Counted from the first letter of the stretch, positions 41,466 to 53,203 are shown. The stretch is DNA of 64,000 nt from Bacteroidia bacterium (GCA_965279035.1 OZ257142.1:832001-896000), one strand, 5' to 3'. Numbers and translations are program-made. Notes: generated by a model not told the origin, from the letters alone.

Positions 41466-41645
41466 TCAGATTTCCTCTACGGAAACTAAATGTTTGATTT
41501 TATTTACCATTCCTAAAATTTGAGGAGTGGCTTCATGCTCAACAGGATTATGCATTTTGCGAATCCCAAGTGCACGCAGTGTCAATTTTTGACGTTCTGG
41601 ACGGTCAATACCGCTTTTGATCTGTGTGATTTTTATTTTAGACAT
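41466..41645 (-). CDS. rpmD: 50S ribosomal protein L30
   Basis: Absent from the ORF track (59 aa): MSKIKITQIKSGIDRPERQKLTLRALGIRKMHNPVEHEATPQILGMVNKIKHLVSVEEI. Confidence 0.96.
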   Translation of the reverse strand: MSKIKITQIKSGIDRPERQKLTLRALGIRKMHNPVEHEATPQILGMVNKIKHLVSVEEI

Positions 41646-41656
41646 GGGAATTCAAA

Positions 41657-42175
41657 TTATCCGTTGAATACTTTTTCCATAGTAATACCGCGTTGCTGAG
41701 CGATAGTTGCAGGGTCACGCATTAAACTAAGTGCATGAATTGTTGCCTTTACCACGTTATGCGGATTTGAAGATCCTTTTGATTTTGCTAGTACATCTGT
41801 AATACCAACACTCTCCAATACAGCACGCATTGCACCTCCAGCTATTACACCAGTTCCATGCGCAGCAGGCTTAAGGAATACAAGAGCTCCACCGAACTTT
41901 CCAATTTGCTCATGCGGCACAGTACCATTGATTACTGGAACTTTTATTAAAGTCTTTTTAGCATCATCAACACCTTTGCTAATCGCATCGGTGACTTCTT
42001 TTGCTTTTCCAAGACCATGTCCAACAATCCCCTTTTCATTCCCTACAACTACTATAGCTGAGAATGTAAAGGCGCGACCACCTTTGGTTACTTTGGTTAC
42101 GCGATTTACGCCAACCAGCTTATCTTTTAATTCAATTTCGCTGGAGCGAACTCGTTTTATATTTGCGTTTGCCAT
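41657..42175 (-). CDS. rpsE: 30S ribosomal protein S5
   Basis: [15 protein letters not shown] and GTGVIAGG. Start MANANIK. Confidence 0.98.
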   Translation of the reverse strand: MANANIKRVRSSEIELKDKLVGVNRVTKVTKGGRAFTFSAIVVVGNEKGIVGHGLGKAKEVTDAISKGVDDAKKTLIKVPVINGTVPHEQIGKFGGALVFLKPAAHGTGVIAGGAMRAVLESVGITDVLAKSKGSSNPHNVVKATIHALSLMRDPATIAQQRGITMEKVFNG

Positions 42176-42182
42176 GTTCTGT

Positions 42183-42539
42183 TTAGAATTTAAGACCACC
42201 TTCACGTGCACCTTCAGCTAGGGACTTAACCCGACCATGGTACAAATATCCATTTCTGTCGAAACGAACTTCGTTAATTCCAGCTTCTAATGCTTTCGCA
42301 GCGATTGCTTTGCCTACAAGAGTAGCTTGTTCGATCTTGTTTACTTTTTTAGAAGATATAGCCGCTTCAGCTGATGAAGCTGCAAGTAAAGTATGTCCTT
42401 TACTGTCGTCTATTAATTGAACGTATATATCCTTATTGCTGCGGAAAACACTCATGCGTGGAGCATTAGAAGTTCCAACAACCACCTTGCGGATGCGTTC
42501 TTTAATTCGAGCTCTTCTGTATTCTTTCGTGATAGCCAT
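42183..42539 (-). CDS. rplR: 50S ribosomal protein L18
   Basis: PRMSVFRSN and [12 protein letters not shown]. Confidence 0.98.
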   Translation of the reverse strand: MAITKEYRRARIKERIRKVVVGTSNAPRMSVFRSNKDIYVQLIDDSKGHTLLAASSAEAAISSKKVNKIEQATLVGKAIAAKALEAGINEVRFDRNGYLYHGRVKSLAEGAREGGLKF

Positions 42540-42554
42540 GATCCGGAATGATTC

Positions 42555-43112
42555 TTATTTCTTACCAGCAGATTTACCAGCTTTACGGCGAAGCACTTCT
42601 CCCACGAACTTAATACCTTTTCCTTTATACGGTTCAGGTTTACGTAATGAGCGAATTTTTGCTGCCACCATACCCAGTAATTGTTTGTCGGTGGATTTCA
42701 TAATGATGAGCGGATTTTTACCACGCTCTGTTTTGGTTTCTACTTGAATCTCTTTTGGTAATTCAAACGTAATATTGTGAGAATATCCTAATGAAAGCTC
42801 AAGTATTTGACCTGTATTAGCTGCACGGTAACCCACACCAACTAATTCTTGTTCTGTAGTAAAGCCTTCAGAAACTCCTTTAACCATATTGGCTATTAGT
42901 GAACGATAAAGCCCGTGTTTTGCACGTTGATCTTTATCATCATTCTGACGACTAACTGTAATTGTTCCTTCTTCAATACTAAGTTTGATTTCAGGATCAA
43001 CTGCTTGATGTAATTCTCCTAGAGGCCCTTTAACTGTAATCAGGTTGTTAGAAGCTACTGAAACAGTAACTCCATTTGGCAACGTGACAGGCATTTTTCC
43101 AATACGTGACAT
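42555..43112 (-). CDS. rplF: 50S ribosomal protein L6
   Basis: MSRIGK start at 43112 and PEPYKGKGI. Confidence 0.98.
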   Translation of the reverse strand: MSRIGKMPVTLPNGVTVSVASNNLITVKGPLGELHQAVDPEIKLSIEEGTITVSRQNDDKDQRAKHGLYRSLIANMVKGVSEGFTTEQELVGVGYRAANTGQILELSLGYSHNITFELPKEIQVETKTERGKNPLIIMKSTDKQLLGMVAAKIRSLRKPEPYKGKGIKFVGEVLRRKAGKSAGKK

Positions 43113-43131
43113 GATTTTTCCTCTTTGGCGA

Positions 43132-43536
43132 TTAATATACGTAACAAAGAACTTCTCCACCAACATTCTCACGACGTGCTTCCTTATCGGTCATTACGCC
43201 TTTGGATGTAGATAGAATTGCGATTCCTAATCCATTGATTACACGTGGTATTTTAGCTACGTGTGTGTACTTACGAAGTCCTGGCTTAGAAACTCTTGAA
43301 AGTGTTCTAATTGCTGGAATCTTTGTAACAGGATGATATTTTAATGCAATCTTGATCGTGCCCTGAGGATCAGTCGTTGTTGCATCCTCAAATTTATAAC
43401 TGAGAATATATCCTTTTTCAAAAAGGATTTTTGTCATCTCCCGCTTCAACTTAGATGAAGGAATTTCTGCAACGCGGTGATTAGCGTTTATTGCATTCCT
43501 TAATCGGGTTAAATAATCTGCGATAGGGTCGGTCAT
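43132..43536 (-). CDS. rpsH: 30S ribosomal protein S8
   Basis: MTDPIADYLTRLRNA, SKPGLR.Y and GGEVLCY. Confidence 0.98.
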   Translation of the reverse strand: MTDPIADYLTRLRNAINANHRVAEIPSSKLKREMTKILFEKGYILSYKFEDATTTDPQGTIKIALKYHPVTKIPAIRTLSRVSKPGLRKYTHVAKIPRVINGLGIAILSTSKGVMTDKEARRENVGGEVLCYVY

Positions 43537-43568
43537 TGTTGATCGTATTTATTGATTCTTATTGCGAA

Positions 43569-43838
43569 TTACCAGCTTGCTTTTGTAATTCCAGGGATTT
43601 TCCCATCGGATGCCATTTCACGGAATGTGATACGAGATAATCCGAATTGACGGATATATCCTCTTGGACGACCCGTTAATTTGCAACGATTACGAAGACG
43701 AATCTTCGATGAATTGCGTGGAAGTTTTTGAAGTCCTACTGAATCTCCTGCAGCTTTTAATGCTGCTCTTTTTTCAGCATAACGTTCAACCATTTTCGCT
43801 CGTTTTACTTCACGAGCTTTCATGCTTTCCTTAGCCAT
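43569..43838 (-). CDS. rpsN: 30S ribosomal protein S14 (89-aa C-minus type)
   Basis: [12 protein letters not shown] and GLSRI.FREMA..G.IPG..KASW. Confidence 0.98.
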   Translation of the reverse strand: MAKESMKAREVKRAKMVERYAEKRAALKAAGDSVGLQKLPRNSSKIRLRNRCKLTGRPRGYIRQFGLSRITFREMASDGKIPGITKASW

Positions 43839-43844
43839 CGTCGC

Positions 43845-44402
43845 TTATTTTTTTAAATTTTTAAACGGAAGTCCGAACTCACGAAGTAGTGCGAAAGCTT
43901 CTTTATCTGTTGATGCGTTTGTAACAAAGGTAATATCCATACCCATGATACGCGTTACTTTATCAATGTTGATTTCAGGGAAAATGATTTGCTCAGTTAC
44001 ACCTAAAGTGTAATTACCGTGACCATCAAATCCTTTATCATTGATTCCGCGGAAATCACGGATACGAGGTAAAGCAACAACAATAAGACGCTCAAGGAAC
44101 TCATACATTTGATCTCCTCTAAGTGTTACTCTTGCTCCAATAGCAACTCCTTTACGAAGTTTGAAATTGGAAATATCTTTCTTTGATTTTGTTGCAACTG
44201 CTTTTTGACCAGTAATCATAGTCATTTCAGCTATTGCAGAATCAATTAATTTTTTATCAGATACTGCTGATCCAATTCCTTGGTTAATACAGATCTTCTC
44301 TAATTTAGGTACTTGCATTGTGCTTTTGTACCCAAATTCTGAAAGTAAAGCAGCAGAAATTTCTTTGCGATACTTGGTTTTGAGGTTCGGTGTGTATTCC
44401 AT
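43845..44402 (-). CDS. rplE: 50S ribosomal protein L5
   Basis: [19 protein letters not shown] and EQIIFPEI. Confidence 0.98.
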   Translation of the reverse strand: MEYTPNLKTKYRKEISAALLSEFGYKSTMQVPKLEKICINQGIGSAVSDKKLIDSAIAEMTMITGQKAVATKSKKDISNFKLRKGVAIGARVTLRGDQMYEFLERLIVVALPRIRDFRGINDKGFDGHGNYTLGVTEQIIFPEINIDKVTRIMGMDITFVTNASTDKEAFALLREFGLPFKNLKK

Positions 44403-44719
44403 CACTTAATGATCTCCCCTGTTTTTTTAGAAAAACGAACTAGTTTGCCTTCGGCATCAGCTTTACGGCCAGTTCGCGTAGGTTTTCCTGTTTTAGGCTC
44501 AATTAACATTAGGTTGGAGATGTGAATCGGTCCTTCCATTTTAATAATCCCGCCTTGTGGATATTTTGTGCTTGCCTTGGCATGTTTTGAAATCATGTTT
44601 GCTCCAATTACAATTGCACGCATTTTTTTTGTGTCAATTTCACGTACTTCTCCAACCTGACCTTTTGAGTCGCCAGATAGTACTGTTACTTTATCTCCTT
44701 TTTTGATGTGAAGTTTCAT
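44402..44719 (-). CDS. rplX: 50S ribosomal protein L24
   Basis: IKKGDKV.VLSG.SKG KOW motif and EGPIHISN. Confidence 0.98.
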   Translation of the reverse strand: MKLHIKKGDKVTVLSGDSKGQVGEVREIDTKKMRAIVIGANMISKHAKASTKYPQGGIIKMEGPIHISNLMLIEPKTGKPTRTGRKADAEGKLVRFSKKTGEIIK

Positions 44720-44734
44720 CGCTCTTTAGCTGAT

Positions 44735-45103
44735 TTAAAGTACCTCAGGTGCTAGGGATACGATTTTCATAAACTGTTTTTCACGCAGTTCACGAGCAAC
44801 CGGTCCAAAAATACGGGTACCACGCAATTCGTCATTATTATTTAACAGCACTACGGCATTATCATCAAAACGGATGTATGAACCATCAGCGCGGCGTATT
44901 TCTTTTTTTGTTCGAACAACAACCGCTTTGGTTACTGATCCTTTTTTTGCATTTCCAGATGGCAACGCATGTTTAACGGTAACAACTATTTTGTCACCAA
45001 CAGATGCATAGCGTTTTTTAGTTCCACCTAAAACACGAATACAAAGCACCTCTTTTGCGCCACTATTATCTGCTACTGTTAAACGGGATTCCTGTTGTAT
45101 CAT
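44735..45103 (-). CDS. rplN: 50S ribosomal protein L14
   Basis: [15 protein letters not shown] and [13 protein letters not shown]. Confidence 0.98.
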   Translation of the reverse strand: MIQQESRLTVADNSGAKEVLCIRVLGGTKKRYASVGDKIVVTVKHALPSGNAKKGSVTKAVVVRTKKEIRRADGSYIRFDDNAVVLLNNNDELRGTRIFGPVARELREKQFMKIVSLAPEVL

Positions 45104-45132
45104 GACTCAATTCTTGATCTGTTCGGGTTCTT

Positions 45133-45396
45133 TTATTTCGCACGCTCAATAATCTCAACCATTCTCCAACGTTTGTTTTTGCTCATTGGGCGGGTTTCGC
45201 TGATTTTTACAGTATCACCGATACCGCATTCATTTTTGTCATCGTGTGCAAAAAAGGTTGTTGTCTTTTTTACAAATTTCCCGTATTTAGGATGCTTTAC
45301 TTTACGTTCTACTGCAACAACAACGGTTTTATCCATTTTGTTACTACGAACGAGTCCAGTACGTTCTTTACGGAGGTTTCTTTCAATAGCTTCCAT
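45133..45396 (-). CDS. rpsQ: 30S ribosomal protein S17
   Basis: [14 protein letters not shown] and ETRPMSK.KRW. Start MEAIER. Confidence 0.98.
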   Translation of the reverse strand: MEAIERNLRKERTGLVRSNKMDKTVVVAVERKVKHPKYGKFVKKTTTFFAHDDKNECGIGDTVKISETRPMSKNKRWRMVEIIERAK

Positions 45397-45403
45397 CAGC
45401 TTA

Positions 45404-45607
45404 TTAATTAGCGGTTGATGTGAGTTCACGCTTGCGAAGTTCCGTTTTCATACGAGCAATTGCACGTCGTGTAGAACGAATCTTCAGTGGATTCTCAATT
45501 GTAGATACTGTATGGTTAAATACCATTTTAGCTAGTACCTGTGTTTCTTCTTGTATTTTGTCTTTCAATTCTACAATTGAAAGATCCTGAACTTGATCTT
45601 GTTTCAT
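45404..45607 (-). CDS. rpmC: 50S ribosomal protein L29
   Basis: ENPLKIR..RR.IAR..T. Located between rplP and rpsQ. Confidence 0.95.
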   Translation of the reverse strand: MKQDQVQDLSIVELKDKIQEETQVLAKMVFNHTVSTIENPLKIRSTRRAIARMKTELRKRELTSTAN

Positions 45608-45613
45608 GGCTTA

Positions 45614-46042
45614 TCAGGCAGTTGCTTCTACGTAATCACGACGAACTATGAACTTCGTAGTTACTGGTAATTTTTGAGCTGCTAATCGAAGTGCTTCTTT
45701 TGCAATTTCCATTGGAACACCTTCTGCTTCGAAAATAATTGTTCCTGGTTTTACTACAGCAACCCAATATTCTGGAGCTCCTTTACCTTTACCCATACGA
45801 ACCTCTGCTGGTTTTTTGGTAATTGGCTTATCAGGGAAAACGCGAATCCAAATTTGACCTTCACGCTTCATATAACGAGTTACAGCAATACGAGCAGCCT
45901 CTATTTGACGTGCTGTCATCCATACACCCTCCATTGCTTTTATCCCAAAAGAGCCGAATGCTAACTCGTGTCCACGTGTTGCATTTCCGTGCATCTTCAT
46001 TTTATGCTGCTTCCTGTACTTCGTACGTTTCGGCTGTAACAT
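45614..46042 (-). CDS. rplP: 50S ribosomal protein L16
   Basis: [11 protein letters not shown] and [20 protein letters not shown]. Confidence 0.98.
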   Translation of the reverse strand: MLQPKRTKYRKQHKMKMHGNATRGHELAFGSFGIKAMEGVWMTARQIEAARIAVTRYMKREGQIWIRVFPDKPITKKPAEVRMGKGKGAPEYWVAVVKPGTIIFEAEGVPMEIAKEALRLAAQKLPVTTKFIVRRDYVEATA

Positions 46043-46127
46043 CTGTACTTCGTTTTATTGCGTGTTTCTTAATATTTTACTCTCCGTATTTACTTGGCTT
46101 TATGAATGCCTAGTATTTTGGGGACGG

Positions 46128-46174
46128 CAAAGATAGTAAGTTGTTTTTATTATCCAACAGACAAGAGTAAAAAA
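46128..46174 (-). promoter_or_regulatory. Internal sigma-A promoter driving rplP and downstream genes
   Basis: TTTTTTACTC (46165-46174), TTG (46155-46157), a 19-nt spacer, and TATCTTTG (46128-46135). Confidence 0.85.
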
Positions 46175-46271
46175 TTTTCACCTTCTGTGGTTAAGTCTTT
46201 AAATCCCTTTGTTTATGGGAGTTGCAATTTGAAAGACAGTTAAAAAATCGATCTTTCAAAGTTTAAAAAAC

Positions 46272-46299
46272 AAAAAAAGGGAAGCTTACGCCTCCCTCT
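46272..46299 (-). terminator. Intrinsic terminator after rpsC
   Basis: AGGGAGGC-GUAA-GCUUCCCU followed by a U-run, with a GNRA loop and one G.U pair. Confidence 0.88.
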
Positions 46300-46314
46300 T
46301 ACTATGAATATTGT

Positions 46315-47061
46315 TTATTTATTGCGCTTATTCCTAGAGCGGCCACCTCTTTCACGATCACGATCTGGAGCTGAAGAATTTCCTCCTCCGCTTGTTTTTT
46401 GTGTCGCCATTCCTAAATTAGGAGAAAGATCTCTTTTACCAAATACTTCCCCTTTACAAACCCATACTTTTATACCAATACGGCCATAAGTAGTATGTGC
46501 TTCTGATAATGCATAATCAATATCAGCACGAAGTGTATGAAGTGGAGTACGACCTTCTTTATAGCTTTCTACACGAGCCATCTCAGCTCCTCCAAGTCGA
46601 CCAGAAACTTTACATTTAATTCCTTCAGCTCCCATTCGCATGGTTGAAGCAATCGCAGTTTTCATAGCTCGACGGAATGAAATTCTACCTTCTAATTGAC
46701 GAGCAATTCCATCTGCCACTAAACGTGCATCTAATTCTGGACGCTTTATCTCGAAGATATTAATCTGAACTTCCTTCTTTGTTAGTTTTTTAAGCTCTTC
46801 TTTAAGCTTATCAACCTCTTGTCCACCTTTACCGATGATAATACCTGGGCGTGCTGTATTAATTGTTACAGTCACAAGCTTTAAGGTTCTCTCAATTACA
46901 ATTCTTGAAACACCAGCTTTTACAAGACGAGCGCTAAGATATTTTCGGATTTTGTGGTCTTCTACTAGTTTATCCGAGTAGTTACGTCCTCCATACCAGT
47001 TGGAGTCCCAGCCACGAACGATGCCCAAACGAAGAGCAATCGGATTACATTTTTGTCCCAT
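46315..47061 (-). CDS. rpsC: 30S ribosomal protein S3
   Basis: [20 protein letters not shown] and [11 protein letters not shown]. Confidence 0.98.
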   Translation of the reverse strand: MGQKCNPIALRLGIVRGWDSNWYGGRNYSDKLVEDHKIRKYLSARLVKAGVSRIVIERTLKLVTVTINTARPGIIIGKGGQEVDKLKEELKKLTKKEVQINIFEIKRPELDARLVADGIARQLEGRISFRRAMKTAIASTMRMGAEGIKCKVSGRLGGAEMARVESYKEGRTPLHTLRADIDYALSEAHTTYGRIGIKVWVCKGEVFGKRDLSPNLGMATQKTSGGGNSSAPDRDRERGGRSRNKRNK

Positions 47062-47088
47062 GTAATATGTTATTGTCTGTAAAGTTGA

Positions 47089-47496
47089 TTAATTAACAGC
47101 GATCACTTTAGTATCCAAAACCAAAGTTACGTGGTTCGAACGCTTACGAATACGGAACCCTCTTCCTTGCGGAGCTGGGCGAAGACGTTTTAGCATACGT
47201 GCACCATCAACTTTTATCTCTTTTACAAAAACATTGCTGTCTTCAAGACGAAGTCCTTCATTCTTAGCTTGCCAATTGGCAATAGCAGATAAAAGAAGTT
47301 TCTCAAGGCGTATTGCAGCCTCTTTATTTGTAAACTTCAAAATGGCAAGTGCACGATCTACATCTACTCCACGAACTAAATCCGCAACTAAGCGCATCTT
47401 ACGTGGTGATGTTGGACAATCATTTAATTTGGCAAATGCAATGGTTTTGCGTTCTGCCTTCATTGCATCGGCACGGAGTTTTTTTCTGGCTCCCAT
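47089..47496 (-). CDS. rplV: 50S ribosomal protein L22
   Basis: [14 protein letters not shown] and KR.RPAPQGR...IRKRS.H. Confidence 0.98.
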   Translation of the reverse strand: MGARKKLRADAMKAERKTIAFAKLNDCPTSPRKMRLVADLVRGVDVDRALAILKFTNKEAAIRLEKLLLSAIANWQAKNEGLRLEDSNVFVKEIKVDGARMLKRLRPAPQGRGFRIRKRSNHVTLVLDTKVIAVN

Positions 47497-47523
47497 GGTT
47501 TATTGGATAAAGAACGTTAGTGA

Positions 47524-47805
47524 TTATTTTCTTCCCTTGTCCTTACGGTTACCCGCATGACCACGGAAAGTACGAGTTGGGGCAAATTCTCCCAATTTGT
47601 GTCCTACCATGTTTTCGGTAACATAAACCGGGATGAACTTATTGCCATTGTGAACAGCGATTGTTTGTCCAACAAAATCCGGTGAAATCATGGAACGTCT
47701 TGCCCATGTTTTGATTACGGATTTCTTTCCTGACTCAATCATGGAGTATACTTTACGCTCCAGTTTGAAATCAATAAAGGGTCCTTTTTTTAGTGAACGG
47801 CTCAT
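47524..47805 (-). CDS. rpsS: 30S ribosomal protein S19
   Basis: [10 protein letters not shown] and [13 protein letters not shown]. Confidence 0.98.
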   Translation of the reverse strand: MSRSLKKGPFIDFKLERKVYSMIESGKKSVIKTWARRSMISPDFVGQTIAVHNGNKFIPVYVTENMVGHKLGEFAPTRTFRGHAGNRKDKGRK

Positions 47806-47833
47806 TTGTGTTGATTCTCAGGTGTTGAACAAT

Positions 47834-48658
47834 TTATTTTTTACGACGCTCAATGATGTACTTAGTACTGTGGTTTTTAGGAGCGCGAGTTTTGTATCCT
47901 TTTGCTGGAATACCATTTCTGCTTCTTGGATGTCCACCAGATGAACGTCCTTCACCACCACCCATAGGGTGATCTACCGGATTCATTGAAACTCCTCGGT
48001 TGCGTGGACGACGTCCTTGCCAACGTGTACGGCCTGCTTTACCCGAACGAACCAAACGATGATCTGGATTTGATACAGTTCCTAAAACGGCTAGACATGT
48101 TGCTAAGATCATTCTTGTTTCTCCAGATGGCAATTTAACAATTGCATATTTACCATCTTTCGCAGCTAGTTGAGCTGATACCCCAGCACTTCTTACGAGT
48201 TGTGCTCCTTGTCCTGGTCGTAATTCAATATGATGAATCATAGAACCTAGTGGAATATCTTTTAAGAATAAAGCATTTCCTGGTTCAACAGGTGCTTTAG
48301 TTCCAGACATTACTGACTGTCCAACCTCAAGCCCATTGGGTGCAAGAATATAGCGTTTTTCTCCGTCAGCATATTGTAACAAAGCAATACGTGCTGATCT
48401 GTTTGGATCATATTCGATTGATTTCACTACAGCAGGAACGTCATGCTTATCGCGTTTGAAATCGATTAAACGATAACGTTGTTTATGACCTCCGCCAATA
48501 TAACGCATGGTCATTTTTCCACTGTGGTTACGACCACCGGATTTTTTTTGTTTTACTAGTAATGTTTTTTCCGGTTCACGGGTTGTTACATCACTGTAAG
48601 TATCAGCTACCTTAAATCGGGTACCTGGTGTAATTGGGTTGAATTTTCTGAGTCCCAT
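47834..48658 (-). CDS. rplB: 50S ribosomal protein L2
   Basis: [22 protein letters not shown] and [14 protein letters not shown]. Confidence 0.98.
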   Translation of the reverse strand: MGLRKFNPITPGTRFKVADTYSDVTTREPEKTLLVKQKKSGGRNHSGKMTMRYIGGGHKQRYRLIDFKRDKHDVPAVVKSIEYDPNRSARIALLQYADGEKRYILAPNGLEVGQSVMSGTKAPVEPGNALFLKDIPLGSMIHHIELRPGQGAQLVRSAGVSAQLAAKDGKYAIVKLPSGETRMILATCLAVLGTVSNPDHRLVRSGKAGRTRWQGRRPRNRGVSMNPVDHPMGGGEGRSSGGHPRSRNGIPAKGYKTRAPKNHSTKYIIERRKK

Positions 48659-48664
48659 TTCTTA

Positions 48665-48955
48665 TCAAATGTTACTGTAAAAGTCAATGGTATCTCCCGC
48701 TTTTAACGATACAATGGCTTTTTTGCAGTTACCTACAAGTCCACTGTTAACACCACTTTTCGTATTACGCATTTTAACTTTTCCGATGAATTTCATCGTA
48801 CGGATATTCTCTACTGTCACACCATATAATTGTTCAATGGCTGACTTAATTTCGATTTTGTTGGCCCCAGGATGAACCACAAAACCAAAGCGGTTCATCT
48901 TCTCAGATTGGCCGGTCATCTTTTCTGTGATGATTGGTTTGATAATGATGCTCAT
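48665..48955 (-). CDS. rplW: 50S ribosomal protein L23
   Basis: PIITEK, ANKIEIK.A.E and KKAIV.L. Confidence 0.97.
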   Translation of the reverse strand: MSIIIKPIITEKMTGQSEKMNRFGFVVHPGANKIEIKSAIEQLYGVTVENIRTMKFIGKVKMRNTKSGVNSGLVGNCKKAIVSLKAGDTIDFYSNI

Positions 48956-48956
48956 A

Positions 48957-49589
48957 TCAGTTTTGTGCTAAGAGGTTTTCAATCGATTTTACAGAATTTT
49001 CAAACAACACGATACTTCCAGCATTCAAAATATCGTAAGTGTTTAAATCGCTAGCAACTACAACTTTACTTCTTTGAAGATTACGTGATGATAAGTAAAG
49101 GTTCTCGTTCAGTTCTGGAATAACAACAAGTGTTTTCTTATCTGAAACTTTTAGATTACTTAAAATCGAGTTGTAATTTTTGGTTGATGGTTTTGCAAAA
49201 TCAAAATTCTCAACCAATACAATTCCGTTTTCTTGAGCTTTGTAAGTAAGTGCCGACTTTCTTGCCAACTGCTTTACTTTCTTGTTCAAACGAAATGAAT
49301 AATCACGTGGACGTGGTCCGAAAATACGTCCTCCACCAACAAATACTGGTGATTTAATACTTCCTGCACGAGCTCCACCAGTTCCTTTTTGACGCTTTAA
49401 TTTGCGTGTTGAACCTGATACTTCTGCACGTTCTTTTGATTTGTGCGTTCCTTGACGACGGTTTGCAAGAATTTGCTTAACGTCGAGGTAAATCGCATGA
49501 TCATTTGGTTCGATACCGAATATGTCTTTACTTAAAGACACCTTGCGGCCGGTCTCTTGACCGTTTGAGTTGAATACTGCGAGTTCCAT
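48957..49589 (-). CDS. rplD: 50S ribosomal protein L4
   Basis: RQGTH..K.RAEVSG, RQKGTG.AR.G and GGG..FGPRPR. Confidence 0.98.
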   Translation of the reverse strand: MELAVFNSNGQETGRKVSLSKDIFGIEPNDHAIYLDVKQILANRRQGTHKSKERAEVSGSTRKLKRQKGTGGARAGSIKSPVFVGGGRIFGPRPRDYSFRLNKKVKQLARKSALTYKAQENGIVLVENFDFAKPSTKNYNSILSNLKVSDKKTLVVIPELNENLYLSSRNLQRSKVVVASDLNTYDILNAGSIVLFENSVKSIENLLAQN

Positions 49590-49590
49590 G

Positions 49591-50208
49591 TTACTTCTCG
49601 ATCATTACGTAAGAACCCTTCGGACCTGGGATTGCTCCCTGAACTACGATTAGATTCTGTTCGGGTAAAACTTTCAAAACGGTAAGATTTTGCAACTTAA
49701 CACGAGCTCCTCCAGTACGACCTGCCATGCGCATTCCTTTGAATACACGTGAAGGATAAGAAGATGCTCCTAGTGATCCAGGTGCACGAAGACGGTTATG
49801 TTGACCGTGAGTAGCCATACCAACTCCACTAAATCCATGACGCTTTACAACACCTTGGAAACCTTTTCCTTTGGATGTTCCAATTACGTCTACAAATTCT
49901 CCTTCAGTAAACAAATCAACTGTGATTGTGCTTCCTAAAGTTTGTTCTGTTTCGAAGAAACGAAATTCAGCTACTTTACGCATAGGTGCTGTATTTGCTT
50001 TCGCAAAGTGACCTTTCATTGCAGCAGATGTATGCTTCTCCTTTTTCTCGTCAAACGCCAGTTGAACTGCGCTATAACCATCTTTTTCGATGGTTTTGAC
50101 TTGCGTTACAACGCAAGGACCAGCTTCTATAATTGTGCATGGTATGTTCTTACCAGCGGCACTGTAGATACTGGTCATACCGATTTTTTTTCCGATTAGA
50201 CCTGACAT
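49591..50208 (-). CDS. rplC: 50S ribosomal protein L3
   Basis: [19 protein letters not shown] and [10 protein letters not shown]. Confidence 0.98.
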   Translation of the reverse strand: MSGLIGKKIGMTSIYSAAGKNIPCTIIEAGPCVVTQVKTIEKDGYSAVQLAFDEKKEKHTSAAMKGHFAKANTAPMRKVAEFRFFETEQTLGSTITVDLFTEGEFVDVIGTSKGKGFQGVVKRHGFSGVGMATHGQHNRLRAPGSLGASSYPSRVFKGMRMAGRTGGARVKLQNLTVLKVLPEQNLIVVQGAIPGPKGSYVMIEK

Positions 50209-50254
50209 TTTATTTTATTGTGTGATAGAAATTCAATGATTTAATTTTAAAGCA

Positions 50255-50560
50255 CTAGACTTTAATTTCAACTTCAACTCCACTTGGTAGCTCTAATTTC
50301 ATCAAAGCGTCAACTGTTTTTGAAGTTGTACTGTAGATATCTAACAAGCGCTTGTATGAACAAAGTTGGAATTGCTCTCTTGCCTTTTTGTTCACGTGCG
50401 GTGAACGAAGTACAGTGAAGATCTTTTTGTTCGTTGGAAGTGGAATTGGTCCACTTACTACAGCTCCTGTAGATTTTACCGTTTTAACAATTTTCTCAGC
50501 CGATTTGTCTACAAGATTGTAGTCATAAGACTTGAGTTTAATTCGGATTTTCTGGCTCAT
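50255..50560 (-). CDS. rpsJ: 30S ribosomal protein S10
   Basis: [17 protein letters not shown] and RSPHVNK.AREQF. Confidence 0.98.
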   Translation of the reverse strand: MSQKIRIKLKSYDYNLVDKSAEKIVKTVKSTGAVVSGPIPLPTNKKIFTVLRSPHVNKKAREQFQLCSYKRLLDIYSTTSKTVDALMKLELPSGVEVEIKV

Positions 50561-50577
50561 GGGTTTATAAAGAACGA

Positions 50578-52683
50578 TTAAACATTTGCAGTTTTACCTT
50601 TTGCTTTCGCAATCACTTCGTCAGCAACGTTACGTGGAGCTTCAGCGTAATGCGAAGGTTCCATAGTTGATGTTGCGCGTCCAGAAGAAATCGTACGTAG
50701 TGTTGTAACATATCCGAACATTTCACTCAATGGAACTTTTGCACGGATTACTTGAGCACCACCACGACTGTCCATTCCTTCCAATTGACCACGACGTTTG
50801 TTCAAGTCACCAATGATATCTCCCATATAATCTTCTGGAGTTACCACTTCTACTTTCATGATTGGCTCAAGAAGTACTGGTTTCGCTTTGGGTAATGCCT
50901 CGCGGAATGCTGTTTTAGCGCAGATTTCGAAAGACAATGAATCAGAGTCAACAGCATGGTATGAACCATCGCTAAGTGTAACTTTTAAACTATCCATAGT
51001 ATATCCAGCAAGAACACCATTTTGCATGGCTGTCTTAAATCCTTTTTCTACTGATGGAATGTATTCACGTGGAATGTTACCTCCAACTACTGCATTGATA
51101 AACTGAAGACCTTCTTTTCCTTCATCAGCTGGTCCAATCGTAACAACGATGTCAGCGAATTTACCACGACCACCAGTTTGTTTTTTGTAAACCTCACGGT
51201 GATTGATTGTAGAAGTAATAGCCTCTTTGTAGTTTACTTGTGGAGCTCCTTGGTTACACTCAACTTTAAACTCACGTTTTAAACGGTCAAGGATAATTTC
51301 CAAGTGAAGCTCACCCATTCCGCTGATAATGGTTTGACCAGAATCTTCATCCGTTTTAACACGGAACGTTGGATCTTCTTCAGCTAATTTTGATAAAGCC
51401 ATACCCAATTTATCTACGTCAGCTTGAGTTTTAGGCTCAATCGCAACACCGATAACTGGATCAGGGAAATTCATTGCTTCAAGAACAATTGGATGCTTCT
51501 CATCACATAGTGTATCTCCTGTTTTGATATCTTTAAATCCTACTGCCGCTCCAATATCTCCAGCTTCAATGTATTCGATTGAATTCTGTTTATTAGCATG
51601 CATTTGGAAGATACGGCTGATACGCTCTTTGTTACCACTACGGGTATTCAATACGTATGAACCAGCATCAAGATGTCCTGAATAAGCACGGAAGAAACAA
51701 AGACGACCTACGAATGGATCGGTTGCTATCTTAAATGCTAAAGCCGTAAATGGATCTTTAACATCTGGACGACGTGTAACTTCTTCACCTGTATCTGGAT
51801 TAATACCTGTGATACTTTCTTTATCCATTGGGCTTGGCATCAACTCCATTACAAGGTCTAGCATTGTTTGAACACCCTTGTTTTTGAAAGCTGTTCCACA
51901 AACCATAGGAACAATTTTATTTGTAACGCAAGCTTGACGAAGTGCTGTCAAGATTTCACGTTCTGTAATAGATTCAGGAGCATCAAAGAATTTCTCCATC
52001 AAACTATCATCAAATTCAGCGATTGCTTCAAGCAATTTCCCTCTCCATTCTGTAGCCTCATCCAGCATATCTTCTGGAATTGGAACAATATTGAAAGTCA
52101 TTCCTTTATCAGCATCATTCCACTCAATTCCACGGAAGTTAATCAAATCAACTACTCCACGGAAAGTTTCTTCAGCTCCAATTGGTAGCTGAAGTGGAAT
52201 TGGATTTCCTCCAAGTACTTCTTTCACTTGCTTAACAACAGCAAGGAAGTCAGCTCCCTGACGGTCCATTTTATTTACGAATCCTAAACGTGTTACGTTG
52301 TAGTTATTCGCTAAGCGCCAGTTTGTTTCTGATTGAGGTTCAACACCATCAACAGCAGAGAACAAGAACACCAATCCATCCAATACACGAAGTGAACGAT
52401 TTACTTCAACCGTAAAGTCAACGTGACCTGGAGTATCAATGATGTTTAATTTGTATTTGTTATCACGGTAATTCCAGAAACAAGTTGTTGCTGCAGACGT
52501 GATTGTGATACCGCGTTCCTGCTCCTGAACCATCCAGTCCATAGTAGCAGCTCCGTCGTGTACTTCACCAATTTTATGGTTTACACCGGTATAATAAAGA
52601 ATACGCTCTGTCGTAGTTGTTTTACCGGCATCAATGTGCGCGGCAATACCGATGTTGCGTGTGTATTGAAGATCGTGAGCCAT
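50578..52683 (-). CDS. fusA: Elongation factor G
   Basis: [24 protein letters not shown] and GMGELHL. Confidence 0.99.
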   Translation of the reverse strand: MAHDLQYTRNIGIAAHIDAGKTTTTERILYYTGVNHKIGEVHDGAATMDWMVQEQERGITITSAATTCFWNYRDNKYKLNIIDTPGHVDFTVEVNRSLRVLDGLVFLFSAVDGVEPQSETNWRLANNYNVTRLGFVNKMDRQGADFLAVVKQVKEVLGGNPIPLQLPIGAEETFRGVVDLINFRGIEWNDADKGMTFNIVPIPEDMLDEATEWRGKLLEAIAEFDDSLMEKFFDAPESITEREILTALRQACVTNKIVPMVCGTAFKNKGVQTMLDLVMELMPSPMDKESITGINPDTGEEVTRRPDVKDPFTALAFKIATDPFVGRLCFFRAYSGHLDAGSYVLNTRSGNKERISRIFQMHANKQNSIEYIEAGDIGAAVGFKDIKTGDTLCDEKHPIVLEAMNFPDPVIGVAIEPKTQADVDKLGMALSKLAEEDPTFRVKTDEDSGQTIISGMGELHLEIILDRLKREFKVECNQGAPQVNYKEAITSTINHREVYKKQTGGRGKFADIVVTIGPADEGKEGLQFINAVVGGNIPREYIPSVEKGFKTAMQNGVLAGYTMDSLKVTLSDGSYHAVDSDSLSFEICAKTAFREALPKAKPVLLEPIMKVEVVTPEDYMGDIIGDLNKRRGQLEGMDSRGGAQVIRAKVPLSEMFGYVTTLRTISSGRATSTMEPSHYAEAPRNVADEVIAKAKGKTANV

Positions 52684-52707
52684 GACGTTCTTGGGAATCT
52701 CTTGGGA

Positions 52708-53175
52708 TTAGAAGCGGAAATGTGAAAATGCTTTGTTCGCCTCAGCCATACGGTGAGTGTCTTCTTTCTTTTTGTGAGCGGAACCTTCGCCTTTCGACGC
52801 AGCTACAATCTCAGAAGCTAGACGTTGTGCCATCGACTTCTCATTGCGCTTACGTGAATACATAATCATCCATTTCATACCTAAAGCGATACGACGATCC
52901 GGACGAATTTCCATCGGAATCTGAAACGTAGCTCCTCCAACACGACGGCTTTTTACCTCAACTGTTGGACTAACGTTTTCCAAAGCACGTTTCCATACTT
53001 CATGACCGTTTTCTTCAGTACGTTTTTCTACGATATCAACTGCATCGTAAAAAATGGAGTAAGCGATGCTCTTTTTACCATCGAACATCAAGTTATTAAC
53101 GAAACGCGTTACCAATGGATCGTTAAATCTTGGATCCGGTGTGCGAGCTATTCGTTTGGGGGTGGTCTTTCTCAT
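52708..53175 (-). CDS. rpsG: 30S ribosomal protein S7
   Basis: EVKSRRVGGATFQIP and HRMAEANKAFSHFRF. Confidence 0.98.
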   Translation of the reverse strand: MRKTTPKRIARTPDPRFNDPLVTRFVNNLMFDGKKSIAYSIFYDAVDIVEKRTEENGHEVWKRALENVSPTVEVKSRRVGGATFQIPMEIRPDRRIALGMKWMIMYSRKRNEKSMAQRLASEIVAASKGEGSAHKKKEDTHRMAEANKAFSHFRF

Positions 53176-53203
53176 GGTGCGAAAGGAATGCTATTGTCTT
53201 TAT

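Noticed and set aside
46198-46226. Loose AAA(T)CCC-TTT...GGG motif, with similar strings at ~27738 and ~56400, reminiscent of att/dif-like or IHF sites
   Set aside because: Too degenerate, with no integrase, no matching direct-repeat pair and no convincing XerC/XerD arms.
50560-50578. Absence of tuf after fusA, and carA without carB
   Set aside because: These are usual arrangements in Bacteroidota, not anomalies.
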